64,000 bases of DNA from positions 84,258,001 through 84,322,000 of the forward strand of contig NC_079169.1 in NCBI RefSeq assembly GCF_947568905.1, in the 5' to 3' direction. Numbering within the stretch: the first letter of the stretch is position 1; each line of letters opens with the position of its first letter. Positions 11,416 through 23,880 of the stretch are shown here, in pieces. Source of the stretch: Ostrea edulis. Its lineage: Eukaryota. The position numbers and the translations under genes were made by a program. Under the pieces are notes generated by a model that ran no database searches, had not been told where the DNA came from, and worked only from the letters and a program-made list of their open reading frames with translations.

Positions 11416-13647
11416 TGGCTATCGAGTGGAGAAAAAAGACACACAGAAAGGAAGATGGGAACCAGTCAAGGATAGCATCAAGGGAAGTGAATTCACCGTT
11501 CCCAAACTGTCCGAGGGACACGACTATCACTTCAGAGTGGCAGCCGTCAATGACAATGGAGAATCTGATTTCCTCGAAACAGACATGACCATCACTGCCA
11601 AAAATCCATTTGGTAGTTTTCTCTTCTTTTTTCTGTTTTGCATAAAAAATCAAAGAAAGATATAACACTGTATTTCCAATGTAATTAGTTTACATGCTTT
11701 AAATCTCACTGAAATTTTCAGGATCATTTGATAAAGTGATTCTTTAGTTGTAGCATGTTGCAAGTGTTCATTACTAAGAATTGATTTGTCATAAGAAACT
11801 CTCCCCTAAATCACAAGAAGTTAGGGAGTTTCCCCTATACATAACTGTTCTATTGGGGAGTTTCCCTATACATAACTGTTCTATAGGGGAGTTTGCCCTA
11901 TACATAATTGTGCTATTGGGGAGTTTCCCCTATACATAACTGTTCTATTGGGGAGTTTCCCCAATATATAATTGTGCTATTGGGGAGTTTCCTCTATACA
12001 TAACTGTTCTTTTTGGGAGTTTCCCCATTACATAAATGTGCTATTGGGGAGTTTCCCTATACATAACTGGTCTATTGGGGAGTCCCCCTATACATAACTG
12101 TTCTATTGGGGAGTTTCCCCTATACATAACTGTTCTATTGGGGAGTTTCCCTATACATAACTGGTCTATTGGGGAGTCCCTCTATACATAACTGTTCTAT
12201 TGGGGAGTTCCCCTATACATAACTGTTCATTTGGAGAGTTTCCCCTATACATAATTGTGCTATTGGGGAGTTTCCCCAATCATAACTGTTCTATTGGGTA
12301 GTCCCCTTATACATAACTGTTCTATTGGGGAGTTCCCCTATACATAACTGTTCTATTAGGAGTTTCCTCTATACATAATTGTGCTATTGGGGAGTTTCCC
12401 CTATACATAACTGTTCTATTGGGGAGTTTCCCTGTACATAACTGTTCTATTGGGTAGTCCCCCTATACATAATTGTTCTATTGGGGAGTTCCCCTATGCA
12501 TAACTGTTCTATTAGGGAGTTTCCCCATGCATAACTGTTCTATTAGGAAGTTTCCCCTATATATAATTGTGCTATTGGGGAGTTTCCTCTATACATAACT
12601 GTTCTTTTGGGGAGTTTCTCCTATACCTAATTGTTCTGTTGAGGAGTTTCTACTATGCATAACTGTCCATTCTATTCACAGATGAACCATTCCCTCCCAG
12701 TCAACCCAAGTGTATTGAGCAGGACAGGGATCACATTGTCATTGCCTGGGAACCTCCGGAGAATGATGGAGGAAATCCTGTCCAGGGTTATATGGTGGAG
12801 AGGAAAGAACCCAAGTCTAACAGATGGACGCCTATCAATAGAGGACTCGTACATGTAAGTAGTCAACACACTCTTGTTGATACTGCCAGTGTGATTTAGA
12901 ATTTTCTCTGTTGCTGTTTTTGATTTTGTCGATATTTAGTACTGATCATAGTTAAATGGAAGATCTGAACAAATAGATACAGTTAAACCTGTATAATCCA
13001 GCAACCTGTCTAATCTGAAACCTGTGTAATCCAACAACCTGTCTAATCTGAAAACCTGTGTAACTCAACAACCTGCCTAATCTGAAAACCTGTGTAATCC
13101 AACAACCTGTCTAATCTGAAAACCTGTGTAATCCAACAACCTGTCTAATCTGAAAACCTGTGTAATCCAACAACCTGTCTAATCTGAAAACCTGTGTAAT
13201 CCAACAACCTGTCTAATCTGAAAACCTGTGTAATCCAACAACCTGTCTAATCTGAAAACCTGTGTAATCCAACACAATTGATGTCCTTCTTTAGGTTATG
13301 TTAGACAGGTGTCACTGTAATTGTTGATGAATTCGGGGTGGATATTTAGTACAGTGTTTACATGTATGACATGATTATCTCATCAGGAGTGCGAGTTTGA
13401 AGATGAGAAAGTCACAGAAGGGAAGGATTATGAATATAGAATTCGGGCAGTCAACGACGCCGGACAATCAGAACCCAGTGTGGCATGTAAACCAATCACT
13501 GCCAAACCAACCAAAGGTTAGCGTCGAGTTTTTATGTGCGTATGAACATAAATGTCATATATATTGTATATATATATATATTGTCAATTTATGTAGCTCC
13601 GTGAGGCCACGTCGAGCACTCTAGAAGATTATATCGGAGATTTATCC

Positions 13648-13689
<42 letters not shown>

Positions 13690-16600
13690 CTAGTACTTTG
13701 AAATGTACAATATACATATATCATATCTCTCATTAATGAAATAAAGCCAAGTATAAAGGTTGATTGATTTGAAAGCAGATGGATTAAAAACCTAGTAAAT
13801 ACATTGATCTTTGTCATTTCTATACAGAGGCTCCGAAAGTTAACCTGGATGCCCTGTTTGGTGCTAAAGAGATCCGTGTGAAAGCTGGAGAACCCCTTAC
13901 CATACCCATCGGGATTTCTGGAGCTCCAACTCCTACGTGTACCTGGAATAAAAATGGATCTCCAGTGGACAGCCGGGTAGGTATCTATAGCCACAGATTG
14001 TTGTATCTGGATCATATCCAGGGACTCCGATAGTTAGCTACAACACTATTGATACAGATACAAGGATAGTCAGTATTGTTTGAAAATTGTTCTGTGTGTC
14101 AGTTCTTGGGTCTGATCCCTTTTCCTTTAACTGCTGATGCAGTAGAGATTACCGAGATTACCTGTGAAATGACTTGAATTTTCATATTTTACAGTTATTA
14201 TGATGCAGTAGAGATTACCTGTGAAATGACTTGAATTTTCATATTTTACAGTTATTATGATGCAGTAGAGATTACCTGTGAAATGACTTGAATTTTCATA
14301 GCAATGAAGAAGAGGCTAAGCTCTACATTCCGAAGTGTGAGAGAAATGATACAGGCAAATACACCATCACTGTGTCCAACCAATACGGCACGCAGACCGC
14401 CGACGTTCCCGTGGTGGTTCTAGGTGAGTTGATGCTTAATCAGGAATAAAGTAGCTGCAATAAACAAAACAAAAAAGTCAGAGAGGGCTACATTATTGCA
14501 GCTATGAATAAAGTATCCCCGGTCTTCACCTTGCAACACACCATTTACTTATTTTAAAAAAAGAGACCGTATTTATGATGTTCGAGAATTAACCATGATT
14601 TCAGTAGATTTTATGGTATCGTTTTATGATAAAGATATGGTTCAGTGGTACTGTTTTATGATAAAGATATGGTTCAGTAATTCTGTTCTACAATAAAGAT
14701 ATGGTTCAGTGATTCTGTTTTGTGTGTTACAGATAAGCCTGGAGAACCAGAGGGACCCATTGAGGTCACCGACTTAATGGCCGATTCCTGTAAACTCTCA
14801 TGGAAACCACCTGTGGACAATGGAGGAGCTGAGGTCACAGGTAACAGATTTACACCTGTATAGTTCTAACTTTATCATAGTGTGTGAAATTACAAAAATA
14901 CACATGCTATACATAAGGCATATCATTATATATGTATGAATGAAAATGCATAAAGTTTTGTTTTATGTATAACATTACAAATACATATTGATAGATGTAA
15001 AAAATGATAGTATGAAGTTAAACATTTACAGAAAATAATTTAGCTTCTTTCCATACCTCGTGTGTTTTTGTATGTCTAAGCTTATAGTTCTGTGATCCAT
15101 GAAGGTCATACATTTTTTATGTGTCATGAAGTACGTAATATCTCAATGCTTCATTCTGTGACCAGTACTTAGTATCTCTAAGCTTCACTCTGTGATCAGT
15201 ATGTAGTATCTCTAATCTTCACTCTGTGATCAGTACATAGTATCTCTAAGCTTCACTCTGTGATCAGTACGTAGTATCTCTAAGCTTCACTCTGTGATCA
15301 GTACGTAGTATATCTAAGCTTCATTCTGTAATCAGTACGTAGTATCTCTAAGCTTCACTCTGTGATCAGTACGTAGTATCTCTAAGCTTCACTCTGTGAT
15401 CAGTACGTAGTATCTCTAAGCTTCATTCTGTGATCAGTACGTAGTATCTCTAAGCTTCATTCTGTGATCAGTACGTAGTATCTCTAAGCTTCATTCTGTG
15501 ATCAGTACATAGTATCTCTAAGCTTCACTCTGTGATCGGTTCGTAGTATCTCTAAGCTTCACTCTGTGATCGCTACGTAGTATCTCTAAGCTTCACTCTG
15601 TGATCAGTACGTAGTATCTCTAAGCTTCATTCTGTGATCAGTACGTAGTATCTCTAAGCTTCACTCTGTGATCAGTACGTAGTATCTCTAAGCTTCACTC
15701 TGTGATCAGTACGTAGTATCTCTAAGCTTCACTCTGTGATCAGTACGTAGTATCTCTAAGCTTCACTCTGTAATCAGTACGTAGTATCTCTAAGCTTCAC
15801 TCTGTGATCAGTACGTAGTATCTCTAAGCTTCACTCTGTGATCAGTACGTAGTATTTCTAAGCTTCACTCTGTGATCAGTACGTAGTATCTCTAAGCTTC
15901 ACTCTGTGATTAGTACGTAGTATCTCTAAGCTTCATTCTGTGATTCATGTTATCCGTCTTTATAGGTTATGTTGTTGAGAAACAGGAAGAAGGCTCATCT
16001 ACCTGGGAAAAGGTGACAGGACTTGGCTCTGGAACCACCATGCCTGTCAAGAACCTGAAAGAAGGCAAAAAATACAAATTCCGGGTCAAGGCAGAAAACA
16101 TCTATGGAGCAGGAAAACCATTGGAAACTCTAAAACCCATTGTTGCTAAGAATCCATTTGGTAAACAATTAAGTTCTGTTTATTGTCCTGTGAATCTGTA
16201 AAATGTATCCTACTTATAAGTACATTAAACATACTTGTGTATCTTTTCCAGATACCCCTGATGCTCCTAAAAATCTCCAAATTCCTAAATATGATAAGAG
16301 ATCTTGTGAATTGACATGGGAAAAACCAGAATTTGACGGAGGAAATCCGATCACGGGTAAGAATAGTCAAATAATAACCATGTTACTGTGGAGTTTCCCA
16401 TCGTCAGGAAGGTCTGCTCATAATTACTTTATTCTTGCTATACGTATATTACTTCACTGCAGGATACACTATAGAGAAGAGAAGTAGGGGAGGCGACTGG
16501 GCTCAGGTCAACAACTTCCCCATCAAGGAACCGAAGTTTACTGTAATGGGTCTCCAGGAGGGAACTGTAGTAGAGTTCAGAGTGGCAGCAGTCAACGATG

Positions 16601-19600
16601 GAGGACCAGGAAAATTCAGCAAGGCAACACCCCCACATCAAGTCAGGGACCAAGTCTGTAAGTACCGGCCCTACAACACCCCCACATCAAGTCTGTAAGT
16701 ACTGGCCCTACAACACCCCCACATCAAGTCTGTAAGTACTGGCCCTACAACACCCCCACATCAAGTCTGTAAGTACCGGCCCTCCAACACCCCCACATCA
16801 AGTCAGAGACCAAGTCTGTAAGTACTGGCCCTACAACACTCCCACATCAAGTCTGTAAATACCAGCCCTACAACACCCCCACATCAAGTCTGTAAGTACC
16901 GGCCCTCCAACACCCCCACATCAAGTCTATAAGTACTGGCCCTACAACACCCCCACATCAAGTCAGGGACCAAGTCTGTAAGTATATGTAGCAGATAATC
17001 TCATGACAAGATAGAAATGCAACAAATTTATTGATTTTATTAATCAGAAGAAGAAAAACGATACATTCATTCTTCTGTAATATGTTACACAGGACACTCA
17101 CCAAGACGTACAAGGTCTGTATGAAAATGAGAAGTACTTGTTCAGGATCATGGCAGTGAACCAGCATGGACAGTCTGAACCCCTGCAAGCTGAGAATCCA
17201 ATCGTAGCTAAAATGCCATTTGGTAAGGGAAGCTTATTGAACAGATTTTGGCTCTGAATAAAAGCATGGAGTGTATGATACGTTGCCAAGTATTCATGCA
17301 ATGAAGATGTTATTTCAACATATTATGGAACGCCATCAATACATGTACTATACATTACTATTTTTAGATGCTCCGGAATCCCCTGGCATTCCTGAGGTCA
17401 CCGAGGTGGGTGGAGACTTTGTCAGCCTTAAATGGGAGAGACCAAAATCTGATGGTGGTGGAAAGATCAAATCCTTCTGGGTCGACAAGCGTGAGCACGG
17501 AACGGACAACTGGCACCGTGTCAACCTCAACCCTTGTCTTACAAACATGATCAATATTCCAAACCTGATTGAGGATCGCAGATACGAATTTAGAGTGTTT
17601 GCTGAGAATGAGGCAGGAATGAGCAAACCGTCTTTGGCTTCCACCAGTGTCAAGATCAAGGATCCTAATGGTATAGTTCTCCATGATCCTTTGAAGAGGG
17701 TCTTTTTAAGTTTTGATAGTAAATGTCAGAAAGATATCGAGCGCTCATGTTTTAAAATGTACGTTGAACAGACATTTTCTCTTTGTTATTTATTAAATTT
17801 TCAGTCAACCAAATAAACTTTTGACTATGGTACTTACATTTTGAGCCGCATAGTGGAGTATTTCAGAGTTTATTCATGCAATTACAAAACATGTTATACA
17901 AAATGATTTATTTTCTCGTAGCTGCTATTGCTCCAGAAATTACACAAAGTCTCCGAGACGTTCAGACAGTGGCTGGTAAGAATGCTACGTTTGAACTGGA
18001 AGTCACTGGCAATCCCAGACCAGAGGTACAATGGTGAGTAACAAAAGTCTGATACGATATTGTTTCAAATTTGGAGGGGCGAGAAAAATTGTTCTATATT
18101 TATCTTTTAATGTAGCTTGTGTAAATATTCATAATTCAATGATATGCAGTAAAAATGCGCTTATAACACATGCTTGTATCAAATTCATGCTTATTCCAAA
18201 GTGATATTTATTCCCTTATGAGTAGAAAATAACGAAAATTTTAATGGATATAATAAAGTTTGGTTACAAAGAACTGTTTTCCACTGGCCTTAGAGGTTCA
18301 CTATAATTGTGTTTTACTGTATTGAGTTTCAGAAAACAGCTAGTTATATATCCACATGTAAATGTTATATCTTACTAGAATAAGGGAATTTTTGTAAATA
18401 CTCGCCAATGTTTAGTTAAGACAGTCCGATGTTTAGTTAAGACAGTCTGATGTAGCCCTTTTATCCATTGTTAGGTACAAAGGATCGAGAGAAATCTTTG
18501 AGGACAAGAAGTTTGAGATCATTGAAGAAGGAAATCTTCACATGTTGTGTATCAAGGATGTGTTTGGTGAAGATGCTGACGAATATTCTGTTAAGGTCTT
18601 CAACAAAGGTGGATCTAAAGTTTCTAGAGCCAATTTGAACATCAGAGGTAAGCCCAAAACTCCCCGTATGACTTGTTACAGTGTGTGTCTCTGCACTGTA
18701 AATCATGTTTTAGTCATGATACCTTCATTTTTGTGTAAATTTACAAGGTGGCCATAACATAAAAAATGGCTGGGTTATGGAGTGGTGAATAAATTGAACA
18801 TTCACAAGGAATTTTTTTTATCTTGCTAATAAGTCTGACATGGCAAGATTGCAATTAGTTATTTACATGTACAGAAAGCTTTTCAAGTGGAACAATTCTC
18901 CCTGGAATGAAAATTTGAATGTTACATTCTACAACTTACTCTTATCTACAGCTCCACCCAAAATCAACGTGCCATCTAGATTCAAGGACGTTAGCACATT
19001 TGAGAAGGGAGAACCTGTCGTTATGAAAATTCCATTCACTGGCAATCCTAAACCAACCGTCAAGTGGTTCCGAGATGGAGAGGAGATTAAGGGCCGTAAC
19101 TATGTCCAGGAAGTAACTGATCGCCATGCTATTCTGACCATCAAGGAGGCTAACAAAGGAAATGATGGTCCTTACAGACTGGCCCTGGAGAATGACCTGG
19201 GAACAGACTCCGCCATCATCAAGATTCAGGTCAACGGTGAGTTGGGTTTAATAATTATGTAATGGTGTTTTATGAATACCATCAGCTTTTTAAGTACCTT
19301 TATTTTTTGTTTTAAAAAAAGAATAAATTAGAAACCAGCAATAATTGAGGATAAACCTCAGATTTGAATTTGCAGATAACTGTTAATGAGATAAATATTC
19401 TGGATAACCTGCCGGTACTATTTTGTTGCTTTTGTGTGGGTTTTAGATCGCCCTGATCCTCCACGCTTCCCAGTGGTGGAGAACATCAGAAGCGACTCCG
19501 TGGTTCTCTCATGGAAGGCACCACTGAATGATGGTGGAAGTTTCATCACCGGTTACGACATCGAGAAGTGTGAACCTCCAGGATCTAACTGGGTCCGGGT

Positions 19601-20118
19601 GGCCAACACTAGGTACGTGGATTTCTATATTCTTATTTCACAGAATCCAATGGCATTTCACAAAATCCAATGGCAAATAAAAAAATCCAGAAGCAGTTCA
19701 CAAAATTTAATATCATACACTAAATGCTACATTGTTCATGTATGTGTTGTGGGAATTTTTCAAAATGTTGTCTTTTAAAGTGCCGTGTTTGCTTTTTGGG
19801 GAAAGTATATATATAAACATATTTTTATCACTGCAGTGTTTCATTATCCAATATCAGGTATTCTTGAATCAATGATAAATGGACAAATAGAAAACTGTTC
19901 TTGTAACGTGTAATTCATCTCCATTATTCCGCTTAACTTACACTGATATTGTTTGTGTTTAAGGATGACCTTCCATAACATCCAGAGTTTGACTTCTGGA
20001 AAGGAATATCAATTCCGGGTCATCGCTGATAACTTCTACGGCAAAAGTGACGCTTGTGAGCCGACCTCCACTATCTGTACCGAAGACTCAGAGGCCAGCA
20101 AGAGGAAGAAATTAGAAG
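11416..20118 (+). CDS. unc-22: Twitchin Fn3/Ig repeat exons upstream of the kinase
   Basis: Translations include GYRVEKK..YHFRVAAVNDNGES, WEPPENDGGNPVQGY, APKVNLD..IRVKAGEP, WERPKSDGGGKI..YEFRVFAENEAG, APPKINVPSRF and DRPDPPRFP. Confidence 0.9.
11826..12660. repeat. Intronic minisatellite, 31-32 bp unit, ~26 copies
   Basis: Unit ggggagtttcccctatacataactgttctatt; array ends ~20 bp before the acceptor at 12681. Confidence 0.95.
12978..13319. mobile_element. Tc1/mariner-type MITE with internal 34 bp tandem repeat (~8 copies)
   Basis: tacagttaaacctgt ... acaggtgtcactgta inverted ends; unit aacctgtgtaatccaacaacctgtctaatctgaa. Confidence 0.75.
14136..14300. repeat. 57 bp tandem duplication overlapping a splice acceptor and exon start
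   Basis: tgtgaaatgacttgaattttcatattttacagttattatgatgcagtagagattacc at 14163 and 14220, partial copy at 14277. Confidence 0.9.
15130..15945. repeat. Intronic minisatellite, 34 bp unit, ~24 copies
   Basis: Unit cagtacgtagtatctctaagcttcactctgtgat; array ends ~20 bp before the acceptor at 15965. Confidence 0.95.
16630..16983. repeat. 37/49 bp tandem repeat containing exon end and GTAAGT donor, ~9 copies
   Basis: Unit gtaagtac(c/t)ggccctacaacacccccacatcaagtct. Confidence 0.9.
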
Positions 20119-20795
20119 GTAGTGAATTCCACCCCTCTGTTTTAGAACTTGGATAGGAAAATATGTTTAGTATTATTTTCGCTAGTTTTATTTTTGCTCC
20201 AATGTGGAAGAAAGAAAATTTGTGAAATATATAGCACAACACATCTGTTAACCATTTATTCTAATGCAACTGTTTTGTAATCTGCATTTTGATTGGCTAA
20301 TGCACTGAAGTTTGAGGCAGTTAAACAAGCATGAAAAAAACGGAAAGCTTTGATTATGACAACATAGTGAAATAATTCAAAAACATAATGTCAAACATAA
20401 TGAAGCATTTCATAATGTATTTTATAAAGCAAAAAAGCCAAACTGAATGAAATAAAAAGTAAACATAAAGCAAAATGTGGAGTTGCATTGAAATGGGAAT
20501 AACTGTCTTCTCATTTGTTTGTGACCATTAATGCTGATTTAATGTCCGCTAACATCTGTTTTACCTGCTCCACCAACAATTCCTCGGTAAAACTGAGAAG
20601 ATAGTTCTTTCCTAAGTACCACAAAGAGGCATATTTTCAGCTAAATGAGGAAGAATTCATTGAAGGAGCTAGGAGATTTGTTTTTACAAGAATTATTTTT
20701 TAAACTGTTGTTAAAGATTATATTGTTAAATAATAATTTTACAGGCAAAAGATAATATATTGTATATTAGAATGTGACATCATTTGTCTTTACAG

Positions 20796-23700
20796 ATGAA
20801 ATGGGAAGAAAAGTCCGCGGAAAATATGATGGTCCTAAGATTAATGACTACGACAAATTCTGTAAGTAAAAAAATATTATTGTACTATGGGAAAATAAGA
20901 GTGGACTTAAGGGAACCAGTGTTGACGTGTGTGTGCTTTATGTTGCTGTGTTTTACAGATGAGAACTTGTGGAAGAAGTATGTCCCCCAGCCGGTGCAGG
21001 TCAGAACAGACAATGTGTACGACCATTGCGACATTCTTGCGGAACTGGGCAGGTAATGTACAACATTTACCCTCACTGAATCTTTTTTCTTACATTTCTT
21101 TTGAAATTGACATTGCTTTTATCATGAGATAAATACGTGTTTGTTGCAAACTAGTTCGATCCGGTTTTCTCTTACCACCTGTCTGCAAAATCATTACCAA
21201 ACATGGAGTGTCATCAAGGTCAAAGGGTGCATTTGCTGTTCCATTTAACGTAACAAATGGGTCAATCTCATGATATTTTAAATCTTAATTCTAGTTTGTA
21301 TTTTTAAATAATACATAATAATATAAATATAAACAATAAAATGTCTTTCTTTGTTGTTTCATCGGGCGATGAAAGTAGCAATCATTGCAGAAAAAAATTG
21401 TATAACCCTTATTAACCCGCTTATGCGGGTTATGCATTTTTTCTGCAATGCTAGCTACCTTCATCACCCAATGAAACAACAAAGAAAGCATTTTATTGTT
21501 AAATAACACATCCGCTCTCAGTCATCTGAATGGCTGTCAGAAACAACATCTAAACCAGCTGCAGTTTTCCTAACGTAGAGTCTTGTTTTACAGTGGTGCT
21601 TTTGGCGTTGTCCATCGTTGTGTTGAGAAGGCCACCGGACGAGTGTTTGTGGCCAAATTTATCAATACTCCCTATCCACTGGACAAGGCCACTGTCAAAA
21701 ACGAGATCAACATCATGAACCATCTTCATCATCCAAAACTCCTCCAACTCAAAGACGCTTTTGAGGATCGCCATGAAATGATCCTTATTTTAGAATTGTA
21801 AGTTATATTTTGATATTTACATTTCCAACTGTTTTCTCTGTGATAACCCTTTGAAATTCCAATGTGTTGATTTTCCAACAAGTAAATTTCTCACTTGCAT
21901 GCAACATGAAAATTCAGTGGGCGGGAACTATGGAAATTAACATGGAATGCCATGTGTAATTCAATTTTTATTAGGCAGTATTTTTGATGTGCCGATTTTA
22001 TATCACTATCTTCATTTCAAATTAGATATAAGGAATCACTGTATAGTTTGTTGGGTATACATGTATGAAGTGATAATTCATGCGTAACGGCTTCACAACG
22101 AACTAGACGGTGATTCCTTGAATATTGTGAGGCAAGAAAACATATAGTAAGTGTGTATCAAATCAAGTCAGGCAGAGATACAAGTATAACATAGGTAATG
22201 TACAGTAGTTTATGTTGGGAGAACTGATGTCAAATATTCAGACATGCCTGAATGATTTCAGTTCGTCAGGAGGAGAGTTGTTTGATAGAATTGCCTGAAT
22301 GATTTCAGTTTGTCAGGAGGAGAGTTGTTTGATAGAATTGCCTGAATGATTTCAGTTTGTCGGGAGGAGAGTTGTTTGATAGAATTGCCTGAATGATTTC
22401 AGTTTGTCGGGAGGAGAGTTGTTTTTGATAGAATTGCCTGAATGATTTCAGTTTGTCGGGAGGAGAGTTGTTTGATAGAATTGCCTGAATGATTTCAGTT
22501 TGTTGGGAGGAGAGTTGTTTGATAGAATTGCCTGAATGATTTCAGTTTGTTGGGAGGAGAGTTGTTTGATAGAATTGCCTGAATGATTTCAGTTTGTCGG
22601 GAGGAGAGTTGTTTGATAGAATTGCTGCCGAGGATTACAAGATGACGGAGGCCGAGGTCATTAACTACATGAGACAGGTCTGTGAAGGTCTCAAACACAT
22701 GCACGAAAACAGCATCGTCCACCTCGATGTCAAGGTAAGTCACCACCGCAAATTTGATTACGTAACGTGATACATCGCAAATCTAACTACATCACATCTG
22801 TGATACATCACAAATCTAATTACGTAACATTTGTGATACATGTACAGTAAAACACAGTTATAGCAAACATCCAGGACCAGCAAAAAAAAAAAAAAGAACA
22901 GTTCGTTATAACCAAACTTTGTTATATCTTAAAGATTTCTCGTTATTTTCCTCTCATAGGGGAATAACTATTACTGTGCAATAAGTATAAAATCATTATA
23001 AGTGTGTTTGTTAGAAGCATGTTTCACTGTATTTACAAGTAAGTCTTGTTGGCCAAGTTACGTCAATAAATGTTGTATTTTGTGACTCAATGCTTTTATG
23101 TGAAATGTGCAGTGATGAAGAAACTTTATATTGTAATTTGTAGGAGAATTGACAAAAATCATGTCACATTTTATTAGAATTTCCCTTTGTTAATTGTAGC
23201 CTGAAAATGTTATGTGTGATACGAAGAAATCCAACAATGTGAAGATGATTGACTTTGGTTTGGCCACCAAACTGAACCCTGACGAGATTGTCAAGGTCAC
23301 TACAGCTACTGCCGAGTTTGCTGCCCCTGAGATCGTGGATTCGGAACCCATAGGTTTCTACACAGACATGTGGGCTGTGGGAGTCCTGGCTTACGTACTG
23401 TAAGTAAATTGGATTTAAGAGAAAAATAACTACATGTAGTAATATACTAGAACTATATATACAGTCAAACCTCTTTATCTCGAACTTGGTGGGGCTGAGA
23501 AAAATTTATATTCTAGGTTTTGAAATATTGAAGCTAAGTTACATAAGAAAATGTAGTTGGGACTTCCAACTTACAAACTGCCGCAGTGGTCTAGAGGTAC
23601 AGCGTTTGCCCCACATGCGGAAGGTCGGGGTTTGAATCTTGGCCACGACAGACGTAAGTCATTAAAACAGGTAGTGACAGTTCCATCGCCAAACGTTCGG

Positions 23701-23848
23701 CATCAGGTGTGAATGTCACAGGTCCTTGGAGATTACCTTAAAAACGGATGATCCGTGTTACAGTAAGTGTGGCAAGCTAAAGAACCCTCACTGCTTAATG
23801 GCCGTAAGTGCCGAGCATAGGCCTAACTTTGAAGCCCTTCACTGGTAT

Positions 23849-23880
<32 letters not shown>

